From Syntrophales bacterium (GTDB lineage: Bacteria > Desulfobacterota > Syntrophia > Syntrophales > UBA2210): a stretch of 64,000 nt of DNA. The translations under genes were made by a program, and so were the position numbers. The notes under the pieces were generated by a model. That model was not told the DNA's origin. It did no database searches and saw only the letters and a list, made by a program, of their open reading frames with translations. The stretch is taken from NCBI GenBank assembly GCA_963666365.2, contig CAXXNF010000001.1, positions 480,001-544,000 on the forward strand, written 5' to 3'. Positions 19,742 to 29,800 of the stretch are shown here, piece by piece (position 1 is the first letter of the stretch; each line of letters opens with the position of its first letter).

Positions 19742-20329
19742 CTATTTCCTTTTGATTCTCGATGTTTTGGAACTCGTCGTACCATTACCATGCATTCGGA
19801 AGAATTTTGGGAAAAGCATGGGGGTCTTTCTTTTATAATCCAGGTACTGTTCGCCAAGACGCCTTTCCAGTTCCGGTTCTTCTATCAGTTTGAATTCCAG
19901 AATGCTGCAGCAGATAAAGGCGGGCCCAAAAACGAACAGTAGTGAGGGAGATGCCATAAAGAAGGCGACCGCGAAGAGGATGAGGAACACACCCGCAAGC
20001 ATAGGGTTTCTGACATAGGCATAGGGACCGCTGTTGACAAGTTTTACAGGCGGATTGACCGGTACGGGAGTCCCCCCCGCCTTTGCGAAATGCAGCACCG
20101 ACCATCCCCACAGAAAACCGCCACTGGCAAGCAACGGCACGGATGCCACATAATTCCAGGGATATTGCAGAGGCAGTGCCCTATGGAAGAATGCATCGGC
20201 CTTCAATGCAAGAAGTATGACCAGTACAATGAGTAAGAGGAAAAATGCGGCAAAGACCGGCGTATACAGCATTCGAGTATGCTTTCTTCCCGTTGCGGTT
20301 CGGTAAATAAAGTCAACGATTTGTTTCAC
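19742..20329 (-). CDS. Isoprenylcysteine carboxyl methyltransferase/PEMT-family membrane protein
   Basis: GTPVP..P..LVNSGPYAYVRNPM, EEPELERRLGEQYLDYKRKTP; start at GTG 20329 is a guess. Confidence 0.85.
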   Translation of the reverse strand: MKQIVDFIYRTATGRKHTRMLYTPVFAAFFLLLIVLVILLALKADAFFHRALPLQYPWNYVASVPLLASGGFLWGWSVLHFAKAGGTPVPVNPPVKLVNSGPYAYVRNPMLAGVFLILFAVAFFMASPSLLFVFGPAFICCSILEFKLIEEPELERRLGEQYLDYKRKTPMLFPKFFRMHGNGTTSSKTSRIKRK

Positions 20330-20568
20330 GCCACAGCCTTTATGTTCCTGCAGGGTGTTCAAACGGAATCTACCACTATTATGAAAGAGGTTGTGTCTCT
20401 GCTTTTCTGCACACCGGGTCTCCCCGTCGGCCAGACTTCGGAATAATGTGTCGGATGGATTGGAGAAGTGGAGGACGTTCAGCCGCACCCTGAATGGCTC
20501 AGTATCTTTCTACAACAGTTATTATGAAAGAAGAGATAGAGTATCCTTCCGAAAATATGACAGATATA

Positions 20569-20715
20569 TTATTTGAACCCTTCCACTTTTTCCCTTATGC
20601 ATCCTACCAGCATCTTCATCTGTTCCTCATCCAACTCAGATAGGAAAGAAAGATCCTCTTCGGTCATAAGGAGTCTTTCTATGATTTTTACCAGCTCATC
20701 CTTTGACAACTCCAT
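20569..20715 (-). CDS. Small acidic helical protein (48 aa, not in the supplied ORF track)
   Basis: AAGGGG RBS; MELSKDELVKIIERLLMTEEDLSFLSELDEEQMKMLVGCIREKVEGFK*. Confidence 0.6.
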   Translation of the reverse strand: MELSKDELVKIIERLLMTEEDLSFLSELDEEQMKMLVGCIREKVEGFK

Positions 20716-20840
20716 TCACAGATCCCCTTAATCTAAAGTAAAACTGGTCTTGAGTGTATCATACTTCAGAAATGCTCACGGTATATTTTATTGAGAACTT
20801 TCTTCACGCCTGTGTGAAATCCATCACAGATGGTAACAAT

Positions 20841-20875
20841 AATAATCCCTCCTTCGTAACAAAGGAGGGATTATT
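20841..20875. terminator. Perfect inverted repeat, likely terminator
   Basis: AATAATCCCTCCTT-CGTAACA-AAGGAGGGATTATT. Confidence 0.7.
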
Positions 20876-20953
20876 GTCTTCATGTGCCTTGCAGGTAAAG
20901 CCGGCACAGCCGGCAGAGTCTAGCCCCTTCCCCGTCTTACTCAGACTTTCTCT

Positions 20954-21229
20954 CTAGCTGACCAGGGCCTTCAGCGCATCCATTACCGGGGCCGTGAAGA
21001 GCGCCACCAGCACCGCGTAGAGCGCGAAGGAACCGACGGCTTCGCTCATGTAGATCTTGGAGTATTTATGCTTCAGCGAGGTGATGATCAGACCGCCCAC
21101 CACCAGGCAGCCCAGCTGGAAGTAGGGGAAGTTCCCCGCCGTCGATGCCACATACTCGGCAAAGCTGAAGGATACCGTAATCAGAACCACGAAGACCGCC
21201 ATGATCAGTGTCTGAAGTGTTCGTTTCAT
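20954..21229 (-). CDS. Small membrane protein, probably co-transcribed with the peroxiredoxin-like gene
   Basis: AGGAGG RBS; signal-like N-terminus plus two hydrophobic segments. Confidence 0.65.
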   Translation of the reverse strand: MKRTLQTLIMAVFVVLITVSFSFAEYVASTAGNFPYFQLGCLVVGGLIITSLKHKYSKIYMSEAVGSFALYAVLVALFTAPVMDALKALVS

Positions 21230-21251
21230 ATCATTTTCCTCCTTGCCCTCT

Positions 21252-21737
21252 CTACCCCATTCGCTCCTGATTCAGCTCATCCAGCTTGGAGAGCAATTCA
21301 CTGTTTTCGGCGATATCCTTCATTGAAGTTCCATAGTGCCGGTAGCGAATCATGCCGTTCTTGTCGATGATCAGTTGTGCCGGCATGCGCCCCAGTTTAA
21401 AGATCTTGACCTCTTGCCCGTATAGTTTCGACACTGTGTGCTCCGGATCTGCCAGTCCAGTGAATGGCATGTCCTGTTCGTGCCACCAGGCGGCGAACTT
21501 CTTCCGGTTTTCCGGGCCGATGACAATGATCTCGGCGTCTCTTTCAACAAATTTCCGATAGTCTCGACGCAACTGCGCCATGTGCCTCCGGCAGAACGGT
21601 CAGGCAAACCCGCGATTGAAGATGAGAACGATCTGTCTGCGCCCCTTGAAACTCGAAAACCTGACCGTCGTTCCCTCGCTGTCGATAAGCTCGAAGTCGG
21701 GGGCCGGTTTAGGATTGATCTTTTCAATTTCGCTCAT
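21252..21737 (-). CDS. AhpC/TSA peroxiredoxin-like selenoprotein (UxxC), Sec at codon 46 (21600-21602)
   Basis: GGAGG RBS; MSEIEKINPKPAPDFELIDSEG...LIFNRGFA-U-PFCRRHMAQLRRDY in frame with the 21252-21581 ORF. Confidence 0.9.
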
Positions 21738-21828
21738 GCTGCAACCTCCCGTTTTTATGGTGACACAACTATAGAGAGGATGCTCTTACAGGATTGACGC
21801 CCTGACAAACAAACGTATCAGAATTTGG

Positions 21829-24768
21829 TCAACCGTCGTTTCCCCCTTCAAGCACCTCTCGGATCTTCTTCGATAAATCGGTCATATTCACCGGCTTTTG
21901 GATAAATCCGTTGCAGCCCCGGGCCATGATCTTCTCCGCCTCGCCACTCATACTGTAGCCGCTTGCGAGGATCACCTTGATATCCGGATTCATTTCCTTG
22001 AGGCGGTAAAAGGTTTCGCTTCCATCCATCTCAGGCATTATCATATCTAATATGGCGAGATCGATCTTCTCGCCCTTTTCCTCATAGACCCTGATCGCTT
22101 CCTTTCCACCGCGTGCCGTCAGAACCTCGTATCCCGCATATTCCAGCATCGCTTTTGTCACATCGATGACCGTTTGTTCATCATCGATGATTAATATTGT
22201 CTCGTGCCCCCTGAGAAGCGTCGATTCTGTCGGCTTTTCCTTAAGGACTTCCTTGAATGAAGCGGGCAGGTAGATCGTGAACGTGGTCCCGGCGCCTTTC
22301 TCGCTGGACACACTGATGTGGCCTTTATGGTCCTTGATGATTCCGTATACCATTGCCAGTCCGAGGCCCGTCCCCCTGCTCATCTCCTTCGTGGTAAAGA
22401 AGGGTTCGAAGATCCGTTTCTGTGTCTGGTTGTCCATACCCACACCGGTATCGCTCACGGCGACGGTGACGTATCTCCCTGATTCCAGTTCAGGATGCTC
22501 CTGGTCTCTCTTTGTGACGACAAGATTGGCCGTCTCGAGATAGAGGCGCCCTCCCCCCGGCATGGCCTGCCAGGCATTGATGAGGAGATTCATGACAACC
22601 TGCTCCATCTGCGATCTGTCCGCCTCAACGGACCAGAGATTTTGCTCATGCTTTTCGTGGATTGAAATCTCTTTTTTTGACCTGCCGAAGAGAATTAGGG
22701 TTTTTTCCACAACTTCTTTCATGTCTATAGGCTTCAGTTCATATCTGCTGCCCCGGGCAAATCCGAGGATGCGTTTCGTCAGGGCCGCCCCCGTCACCAC
22801 CTGTTCTTCAATCGCCTTCATCCGGACATACCGGGGATCACTCGCGTCGGTCTGCATAAGCATCAGGGAGGCATTTCCCTGAATCGCCATGAGCAGATTG
22901 TTGAAATCGTGAGCGATGCCCCCCGCAAGCGTGCCGATGGCATCCATCTTCTGGCTCTGCTGGAGCCGGTCTTCGAGCCGTTTATGTTCGGTGACATCCA
23001 GGGCGGTAAACATGATGCCATGGGGCCAGTCGGTGATATCCATAGGAGACGAGCTCAGGAGTATATCGATGATGCGCCCGTCCTTGCATCTCCATCGCGT
23101 TTCAACCGTTCCCATTCCTTTCCTCCGGATCTGTTCGGAAAGGGCATGGCTCACGTTTCGAAATTCTTCGACTGATGGATAAATAAGGCGGGAGCTCTGC
23201 CCCAGCAGCTGATCCTCCGAGTACCCCAGCATGCGGCAGAACCGTTGATTGACAGCGATGAACACCCTGTCGACGACAATGCCGATGCCGATAGGCGCCG
23301 CACGGAAGAGGATCTGAAGCTTCGCCTCGCTCTCCCGTAGTTCCTCCTCCGCCTTCCTGCGGTCGGTGATGTCCCGGGCCACGGCATAAATCATCTTTGA
23401 CACGGGATAGGAACGCCACTCGATCCAGCGATAGGAGCCGTCTTTATGGCGGTAGCGGTTTACGAAATTCAACACCTCCTTTGCGTCCGCCAGTTGGGCC
23501 ATCACCGCCTCTGTGACTTCCCTGTCGTCGGGATGGACGAAATCAAGAAATGGGGCGCTTTCAAGTTCCGAAAGGGAATAGCCGAGCGCTTTTTCCCACT
23601 CCGGATTGAGGCGGCGGAAATATCCGTCCATATCCGCGATACAGAGAAGATCGAGACTGCCTGTAAAGTAGTTGTCCAGTTCAGCAGTCTTTCTCCGCAA
23701 TGCTTCCTCTATTGTTTGCCTCCGCTTGATTTCACCCACCAGAAAGCGGTTTCTGAACAGGATGGTGAGCAAGAGGCCCACACTGACTAAGAGAATGCCG
23801 CCTACGAGCAGAAGCCTGTTCCTGAAACTCTTCAAAGGCGCCAGCACCTCATCCTCGGGGGTGGCGATCACAATGGACCAGAAGTTGTTCCCGAGATTGA
23901 CGGGCATGTATACGGCATGTTTTATTGTTGTGGCGACAACCTCTCCCCGGACGCGGTCATACCGGTAGGTCGTGACACCCTCCTCGCCGCGCGTCATCTT
24001 CCGTGCCATAGCGAGAATGTCGGGGAAATCACGGCAGTTGTCAAAAACAGACCTTCCTTCATGACCGGGGACCGGGCAGGAGAGTTCAATCCCTGTCTTG
24101 CTGATCATCCACGCGTAGCCCCCTTCGCCGATGCGGATGTCTTCGATATAGCGCTTGGCGATATAATCGAAGGGGAAGAGAAGACCGATTGTCCCGTTGA
24201 AGGCGCCGTTTTTTTCTATGGGAACATAGAGCACGATCGTCTTGAAACCACGGTGGTTCGTGAACACGTCGCTGACGGCAACATCGCGCGTCCTCTTCAC
24301 CGCCTCGAAAGTCTCTTTTACCGCCACGGGGCGACCTATCACGTTCGGGTCGCAGGGCTCGGGATGCACAATGCGTCCTTCCCGGTCAATCCGTGTTATG
24401 ATACTGATTTCTCCGGCGTGGGCGGCGTGATAATCCCGCATGATTTGTTTCCCCGTCTCATCGAGATCGATAAAGTGTTCGCTTTTCGCGAACTGCCGCA
24501 GCATGGCGACACGGTCATTGAAAAACGTCTCGATCCCTCTGACGGTCTGTTTTGCCATGATCTTTTGTCTTTCATTGAAATTTTGTATCAGTTCCTCTTT
24601 GACATTCTCATACATCAGGTAGAGCAGGGCATAGCTGACCACCGCGAAAAGAGCAAACAGGACGATGAAGATTCCGTAGGATCTGATAAAATGAAATGCA
24701 GTCCCCTTTTGCATAGAGGCATCTCCTGCTTTTGCGCTATGGATGGCGGACATTGCTTCTGTTGACAA
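21829..24768 (-). CDS. Hybrid sensor kinase (Cache, 2 PAS, HisKA/HATPase, receiver)
   Basis: LAGGIAHDFNNLL, NLLINAWQAM, IFEPFFTTK..GTGLGL, C-terminal ILIIDDE...LDMIMP. Confidence 0.93.
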   Translation of the reverse strand: MSTEAMSAIHSAKAGDASMQKGTAFHFIRSYGIFIVLFALFAVVSYALLYLMYENVKEELIQNFNERQKIMAKQTVRGIETFFNDRVAMLRQFAKSEHFIDLDETGKQIMRDYHAAHAGEISIITRIDREGRIVHPEPCDPNVIGRPVAVKETFEAVKRTRDVAVSDVFTNHRGFKTIVLYVPIEKNGAFNGTIGLLFPFDYIAKRYIEDIRIGEGGYAWMISKTGIELSCPVPGHEGRSVFDNCRDFPDILAMARKMTRGEEGVTTYRYDRVRGEVVATTIKHAVYMPVNLGNNFWSIVIATPEDEVLAPLKSFRNRLLLVGGILLVSVGLLLTILFRNRFLVGEIKRRQTIEEALRRKTAELDNYFTGSLDLLCIADMDGYFRRLNPEWEKALGYSLSELESAPFLDFVHPDDREVTEAVMAQLADAKEVLNFVNRYRHKDGSYRWIEWRSYPVSKMIYAVARDITDRRKAEEELRESEAKLQILFRAAPIGIGIVVDRVFIAVNQRFCRMLGYSEDQLLGQSSRLIYPSVEEFRNVSHALSEQIRRKGMGTVETRWRCKDGRIIDILLSSSPMDITDWPHGIMFTALDVTEHKRLEDRLQQSQKMDAIGTLAGGIAHDFNNLLMAIQGNASLMLMQTDASDPRYVRMKAIEEQVVTGAALTKRILGFARGSRYELKPIDMKEVVEKTLILFGRSKKEISIHEKHEQNLWSVEADRSQMEQVVMNLLINAWQAMPGGGRLYLETANLVVTKRDQEHPELESGRYVTVAVSDTGVGMDNQTQKRIFEPFFTTKEMSRGTGLGLAMVYGIIKDHKGHISVSSEKGAGTTFTIYLPASFKEVLKEKPTESTLLRGHETILIIDDEQTVIDVTKAMLEYAGYEVLTARGGKEAIRVYEEKGEKIDLAILDMIMPEMDGSETFYRLKEMNPDIKVILASGYSMSGEAEKIMARGCNGFIQKPVNMTDLSKKIREVLEGGNDG

Positions 24769-25172
24769 CTACAGTATTCCCCGGCAGGCGGCATGATGCA
24801 AGGCGCCGGGATATCTGATACAAACCGGTTGTGTGACACTGAAAATATACACTGATCGCCATTCGCAGTCAATGTGCAAGAACTGAGGAACTGACCCCCT
24901 CTTTTTCTCACACACTCCGTCAAGAATTTATAAAGATATTTAATCGTTTCACCCGGCCAAGACCGGGAATTGACAGTTTGCGGCGTCACTGGTCAAAAGT
25001 CAAATTCTTTACCGGTACCTCCCCAATGCTTGATTGACAAGAACCCGCTTTATCGATATTGTGCGCGATCAAAATAAATTGCGCATTTTACCACGTGTCA
25101 TTATCTGACAATGCTGCAAAGCAAAAGGTTGTATGAACGGTAACAAGGTCAGTCACAGAAGGGAGGTACCTT

Positions 25173-25547
25173 GTGATGAGAAAAAAAGGCGTTTTTGTGG
25201 GTGTATGTTGTGTCTGTGTGTACCTGTTATTGAGCGTTGTGACGCCTGCATACGGTGCCGGTTGGAGCCCGGTGGTAGGAAATGAATATACGCAGAGTGA
25301 CGGTCCCAGCACATATCTGTGCAGCGGGGATGGTCGCGTGTATGAGGAGATTGCCTTGCGTTTCAAGGTAGTGGAACGCGCAACTATAGAGTATACTTAT
25401 TATGATAACACCGGAAAGTATATTGCGGGAAATAGAATATTCCTTGAGAAAGATCAGACAACAGATCTCATAACGGGGTGCGTGTTTTTTATTCGACAAG
25501 GAAAAGTGAGAATCGAAGACATGCAACCGGCATCCAACATGTACTAA
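25173..25547 (+). CDS. Hypothetical secreted protein
   Basis: GGAGG RBS, signal peptide, downstream hairpin. Confidence 0.55.
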   Translation: MMRKKGVFVGVCCVCVYLLLSVVTPAYGAGWSPVVGNEYTQSDGPSTYLCSGDGRVYEEIALRFKVVERATIEYTYYDNTGKYIAGNRIFLEKDQTTDLITGCVFFIRQGKVRIEDMQPASNMY

Positions 25548-25569
25548 AATGACCCACAATTCAGAAGAT

Positions 25570-25602
25570 CCGGCAGGCGTCCGCAGCGTCGGACGCCTGC
25601 CG
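25570..25602. terminator. Perfect hairpin between convergent genes
   Basis: CGGCAGGCGTCCG-CAGCGT-CGGACGCCTGCCG. Confidence 0.7.
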
Positions 25603-25656
25603 TGGAAGTAGTTCACGAGACTGCAGATACTATGGTTCTATTCGGCTTTCTCTGGG

Positions 25657-27219
25657 TTAACAGCGCATGCCCCGTTTTTTTGTTCCCAGATTTGTTCTCT
25701 CAAGGTCGAACACCGTTTCAATCCAGTCGCAAAGAAGCGGTCTGGTTTCCCGGGGATCGATAATATCCTCGATGCCGAAATGCTCCGCCGCCCTGAAGGG
25801 CTTCGCGAAACTTCGATAATACTCCTGTAACTTGTCATGGAGCGCCATGGGGTCTTCCGCCGCCTCTATTTCAGCCTTATGAGCGGCGAAAACTCCCCCT
25901 TCTACAGGGATATTGCCCCAGTATGCGGAAGGCCATGCATAACGCCAGTTAAGTTGTCGGGGATCGGACTGGGAACCTCCCGCTACGCCGAAGCATTTTC
26001 TTACATAAATCGACGCCCATGGTATGGTTGCCTGCAATACAGAAAAACTGGCCCTCACCCCTTTTCTGATCGTTCCATATTCTTCCGACTGGATGCCGAG
26101 AAAAAAACCGGGCTGATCGACAAGATTGACTATGGGAACATGAAATGTATCACACATATCTATGAAACGCTGATATTTCTCCGCCACATCCCAGGCAAAA
26201 GATCCCGCTTTGAACCGGCTGTCATTCGCCAGAACTCCCACCGGATATCCATTCAAGCGGGCGAGAGTGGTTATCTGGGAGCGCCCTTGATACTTTCCGA
26301 TCTCAAAAATCGAACCCTTGTCGAACACACATTCTATGACTCTCCTCATATCGTATGTTTTTCTTCCGTCCCGGGGAATAATGGAAGATAATTCCTCTTC
26401 CCTCCTGTTTCGGTCATCCCTGTCGGCGTACTTTCTCGCCGGCATTTCCCATGCGTTCTGCGGCAGGTAATCAAGAAACCGCTTTGCCTGGGCTATCGCG
26501 TCTTCCTCGCTTTCCGCCTCATTGTCGACGACACCGCTTTTACGCGTGTGTATTTTGTATCCCCCCAGTTCTTCCTTTGTAACCTTCTGGCTCTGGGCAA
26601 ACTGGACAAGAGGCGGTCCGCCCACAAAGACCTGGCTTTTTTCTTTCACCATAACCGAGAAATGGGCCTGTACCGTCAACAGCGCCCCAATCCCCGAAAC
26701 CGGACCCAGCACAATCGACACCATCGGTATTTCGGACATCATGTCCGCAAGCATGCCGGGCGCCACATCATTGATATAGGGAAGTTCCAGATAGCCGATC
26801 TGTGCCACCTCCCTGATCGTTCCCCCGGCGCCGTCAAGCAGTCTGATCAACGGCAGTCGCATCTCATGCGCCATTTTCCCGTTGTACGCCAGCTTCGCCT
26901 TATACATTCTTCCTACGGATGCGCCACGTATGGTAAAGTCATCGCCCTGCACGATCACTCTTCTGCCGTTGACCTTGCCTCTGCCTATTACAATCGGACA
27001 GGGAGTCAGGCTCTCAAGATCCTGGTTGTTATTCGTGTAGTTCGCTTCCCCCGCCATAACGCCTGTTTCAATAAATGTATCTTCATCAAGCAACGCCTGT
27101 ATCCGTTCTCTTACAGTCATTTTTCCCTGATCATGCTGCCTTTTGATGCCCTTCTCCCCTCCCAGTTGATATGCGATTTCCTTCCTTTTCTCAATTTCTT
27201 CTATTTCCGTTTGCCACAT
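25657..27219 (-). CDS. Acyl-CoA carboxylase/decarboxylase carboxyltransferase subunit
   Basis: GKMTVRERI, DDFTIRGAS, EELGGYKIH, FIDMCDTFHVP, DQPGF, IIDPRETR. Confidence 0.9.
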   Translation of the reverse strand: MWQTEIEEIEKRKEIAYQLGGEKGIKRQHDQGKMTVRERIQALLDEDTFIETGVMAGEANYTNNNQDLESLTPCPIVIGRGKVNGRRVIVQGDDFTIRGASVGRMYKAKLAYNGKMAHEMRLPLIRLLDGAGGTIREVAQIGYLELPYINDVAPGMLADMMSEIPMVSIVLGPVSGIGALLTVQAHFSVMVKEKSQVFVGGPPLVQFAQSQKVTKEELGGYKIHTRKSGVVDNEAESEEDAIAQAKRFLDYLPQNAWEMPARKYADRDDRNRREEELSSIIPRDGRKTYDMRRVIECVFDKGSIFEIGKYQGRSQITTLARLNGYPVGVLANDSRFKAGSFAWDVAEKYQRFIDMCDTFHVPIVNLVDQPGFFLGIQSEEYGTIRKGVRASFSVLQATIPWASIYVRKCFGVAGGSQSDPRQLNWRYAWPSAYWGNIPVEGGVFAAHKAEIEAAEDPMALHDKLQEYYRSFAKPFRAAEHFGIEDIIDPRETRPLLCDWIETVFDLERTNLGTKKRGMRC

Positions 27220-27250
27220 TTCAAGGACTCCCTTAATTATTAATTTATAA

Positions 27251-28795
27251 TTATAAATACTTATCGATGCTTTTCCGCAGCTCTTTTTTGTTTATTTTTC
27301 CGATAAGCGTTTTTGGTATGTCTTTTTCAATGATGATTTTTGACGGGCGTTTATAATCGGCGAGTCCTTCATTGATACGCTGCCTGATAGCATCGGGATC
27401 AAGGACGACGCCGTCTTCAGGCACGAGGAATGCAACACCGGTCTCCCCAAAAATCGCATGGGGAATCTCGATGACCGCCGAGGTGTTCACGCCCGGACAG
27501 GCATTCAGGAAAGATTCTATCTCCAGGGGATATACGTTATATCCTCCACTGATATACATCTCCTTTGAACGTCCCGCAAAGTGCAGATAGTTATTCTCAT
27601 CCAGGTAGCCCAGATCACCGGTTCTCAACCATCCATTTGTAAAAGAATCCCTGTTACTTTCTTCATCCAGGTAGCCTGCGATCACGCTGTCCCCCCTAAC
27701 CAGGAGTTCCCCTACCTCTCCGGGCTGTGCCCATGTTCCGTCATCCTTTCTGACTTTCATCTGAAAACCGGAGCCCGGGGCGCCTTCCGTTTCGGCCGCA
27801 ATCTCCAGGGGATCATCAGGTTTCGTAAAGGTGAAAAATCCCGCCGTCTCGCTCATGCCCCAACTGGCGACGATCTTCGAATTGGGGAAGACGGTGCTGA
27901 TCTTATAAATCAACTCGGGCGGTGACGGTTCACCGGAAACGATGGCAATGCGCACGGAACTCAGATCATAATGGCTGATATCGTCATTCTTCATCAGGAT
28001 GCGATACATGGTGGGCACACCGCCGAAATAGGTAATCTTGTATTTCGATATGAATTCAAGGACCTCTTTCGGGTCGAATCTAGGGCAGAGAATACCCGTC
28101 GACCCGGCATAGAGCTGTATTGCTATCAGATCGTGCGTACCCGCCACATGACTGGTGGGCATGTTGACCAGTACGCGGTCTGAATGAGAGATTCCCCACG
28201 AATCCACACTGGCCTTTACAATGGCAAAAGAATTTTTGTGATTTATGACGGCGCCTTTAGGAACGCCCGTGCTGCCGCTGGTAAAAATGACGACCAAAGG
28301 AGCGTCAGGGCTCGGATGTGCATCTTCCGGCACAGATTCGCTGGATCCCTGCAGCAGTTCCTCGTAGGGTTTGCATGCATTGTAATCGAGCATTCCAAAA
28401 TATGAGTATACGTAATCAAAATGCACCTTCCTGACCAGATCCTCGGCGGCACGTTTTATGGTATCCGGAAAGGCCAGGCTTACTAGCAGCCTCGGATGTG
28501 TTCTTTCGCAAAGATCAGCCATTTCCGCCGAGGTGAATCTGGGATCGAGCGGAACAAGCACCAGTCCTATCGCAGCGGCCGCCATATAGATATTCATAAA
28601 TGCGGGGGATTGCGGCAGGATGGTGGCGATCTTGTCGCCCTGATGCAACCCGAGGGACAAGAAGCTATTGGCGACACGATTTATGTCTTCATTTAATTCC
28701 TTATACGTGGTTTCCTTGCCCATAAAGACATATGCGATGTGATCAGGCCGTGTCTTTGCGTGGGTTTCAACAACTTCCGAGAAATATCTTTCCAT
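27251..28795 (-). CDS. Acyl-CoA synthetase (AMP-forming, long-chain type)
   Basis: IFTSGSTGVPKG, WGMSET, GWLRTGDLG, GRSKEMYISGGYNVYP. Confidence 0.92.
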   Translation of the reverse strand: MERYFSEVVETHAKTRPDHIAYVFMGKETTYKELNEDINRVANSFLSLGLHQGDKIATILPQSPAFMNIYMAAAAIGLVLVPLDPRFTSAEMADLCERTHPRLLVSLAFPDTIKRAAEDLVRKVHFDYVYSYFGMLDYNACKPYEELLQGSSESVPEDAHPSPDAPLVVIFTSGSTGVPKGAVINHKNSFAIVKASVDSWGISHSDRVLVNMPTSHVAGTHDLIAIQLYAGSTGILCPRFDPKEVLEFISKYKITYFGGVPTMYRILMKNDDISHYDLSSVRIAIVSGEPSPPELIYKISTVFPNSKIVASWGMSETAGFFTFTKPDDPLEIAAETEGAPGSGFQMKVRKDDGTWAQPGEVGELLVRGDSVIAGYLDEESNRDSFTNGWLRTGDLGYLDENNYLHFAGRSKEMYISGGYNVYPLEIESFLNACPGVNTSAVIEIPHAIFGETGVAFLVPEDGVVLDPDAIRQRINEGLADYKRPSKIIIEKDIPKTLIGKINKKELRKSIDKYL

Positions 28796-28975
28796 ACAAC
28801 ACCTCCCTGCAAAATTTTATATGCCCCTTGAATACAGTTTCCTTTTTCAAAGAAACCGCCCCGGATTCATTACGTATGTACTTTGAAGTGACTGTTGTTT
28901 ATGGAATAGAGGAGATTACATGCACCCCGCGCCCTAAAGGCAGTCTTCCTGTAGCAACTTGGCAGGAAAGTGTAA

Positions 28976-29035
28976 ATCGGGATAATCCCCTTTTTATATC
29001 GGGAGGAATCCGATGGCCCATCGGGAAAAACGTGA
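28976..29035. promoter_or_regulatory. Three ATCGGGA boxes at 22-bp spacing upstream of the acyl-CoA synthetase
   Basis: ATCGGGA at 28976, 28998 and 29020. Confidence 0.55.
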
Positions 29036-29085
29036 CGATGTGTCGGCGCCCGCTTCAGGATCTCTGAATATGCGCATGAAGGCGG

Positions 29086-29736
29086 TTATTGAAGATTTTC
29101 CACCCACTGAAAGGCACAGCGGAGCAGTTCGTTGGCGTTTTTCAGGCTTAATTTCTCTTTAATGTGCGCGCGATGCGTTTCCACTGTCTTTATACTGACA
29201 TGCAATATTTCCGCAATTTCATGATTATTCACCCCCTGTCCGATCAATCGGAACACTTCGAATTCTCGACGGCTCAATTTGTCGACAAGCAGTGCATCCA
29301 AGGGTAATTTTTTACCGTAAATAGTGTCAAGCAACTGTTCGGCCATTGTATCGCTGAGATATATGGCGCCTCTGAACAGTTGTCTGATTGCTTTGATTAT
29401 TGAAGTCGTCGCATCGTGTTTGCTGACGTAGCCCATAGCACCCGCCTTCAAAGCCCGATCCACGAGCAATGAATCGGAATACATGGATAGCGCAAGGATA
29501 GGCACACCCGGGAAGGTACGTGAGATCTCAGCCATGAGTTCAATGCCGCTCTTTCCTTCGAGAGACACATCGACGATTACAAGATCCGGCATTACTGCGC
29601 CGATTGACCTCATGGCAGTCTCTGAATCATGAGCGCATCCGCACACATAAAGGTCGTCTTCCTGATTGAGCAACTGCTCCAATCCCTCACAGACAATAGG
29701 ATGGTCGTCTACAATATATATTTTCTTCTTACACAT
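29086..29736 (-). CDS. NarL/LuxR-family response regulator
   Basis: IVDDHPIV, VIVDVSL, LSRREFEVFRLIGQG, SIKTVETHRAHIKEKL. Confidence 0.93.
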   Translation of the reverse strand: MCKKKIYIVDDHPIVCEGLEQLLNQEDDLYVCGCAHDSETAMRSIGAVMPDLVIVDVSLEGKSGIELMAEISRTFPGVPILALSMYSDSLLVDRALKAGAMGYVSKHDATTSIIKAIRQLFRGAIYLSDTMAEQLLDTIYGKKLPLDALLVDKLSRREFEVFRLIGQGVNNHEIAEILHVSIKTVETHRAHIKEKLSLKNANELLRCAFQWVENLQ

Positions 29737-29800
29737 TGATGAAAGTCCTTTCATCAGTAAAAGTCGGATGAAACCGCCTGTGAAACTTTTGGCTAAGGCG

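Noticed and set aside
24770..25170. Possible c-di-GMP riboswitch or sRNA in the divergent intergenic region
   Set aside because: Only a short inverted repeat and promoter-like hexamers; no consensus riboswitch elements found.
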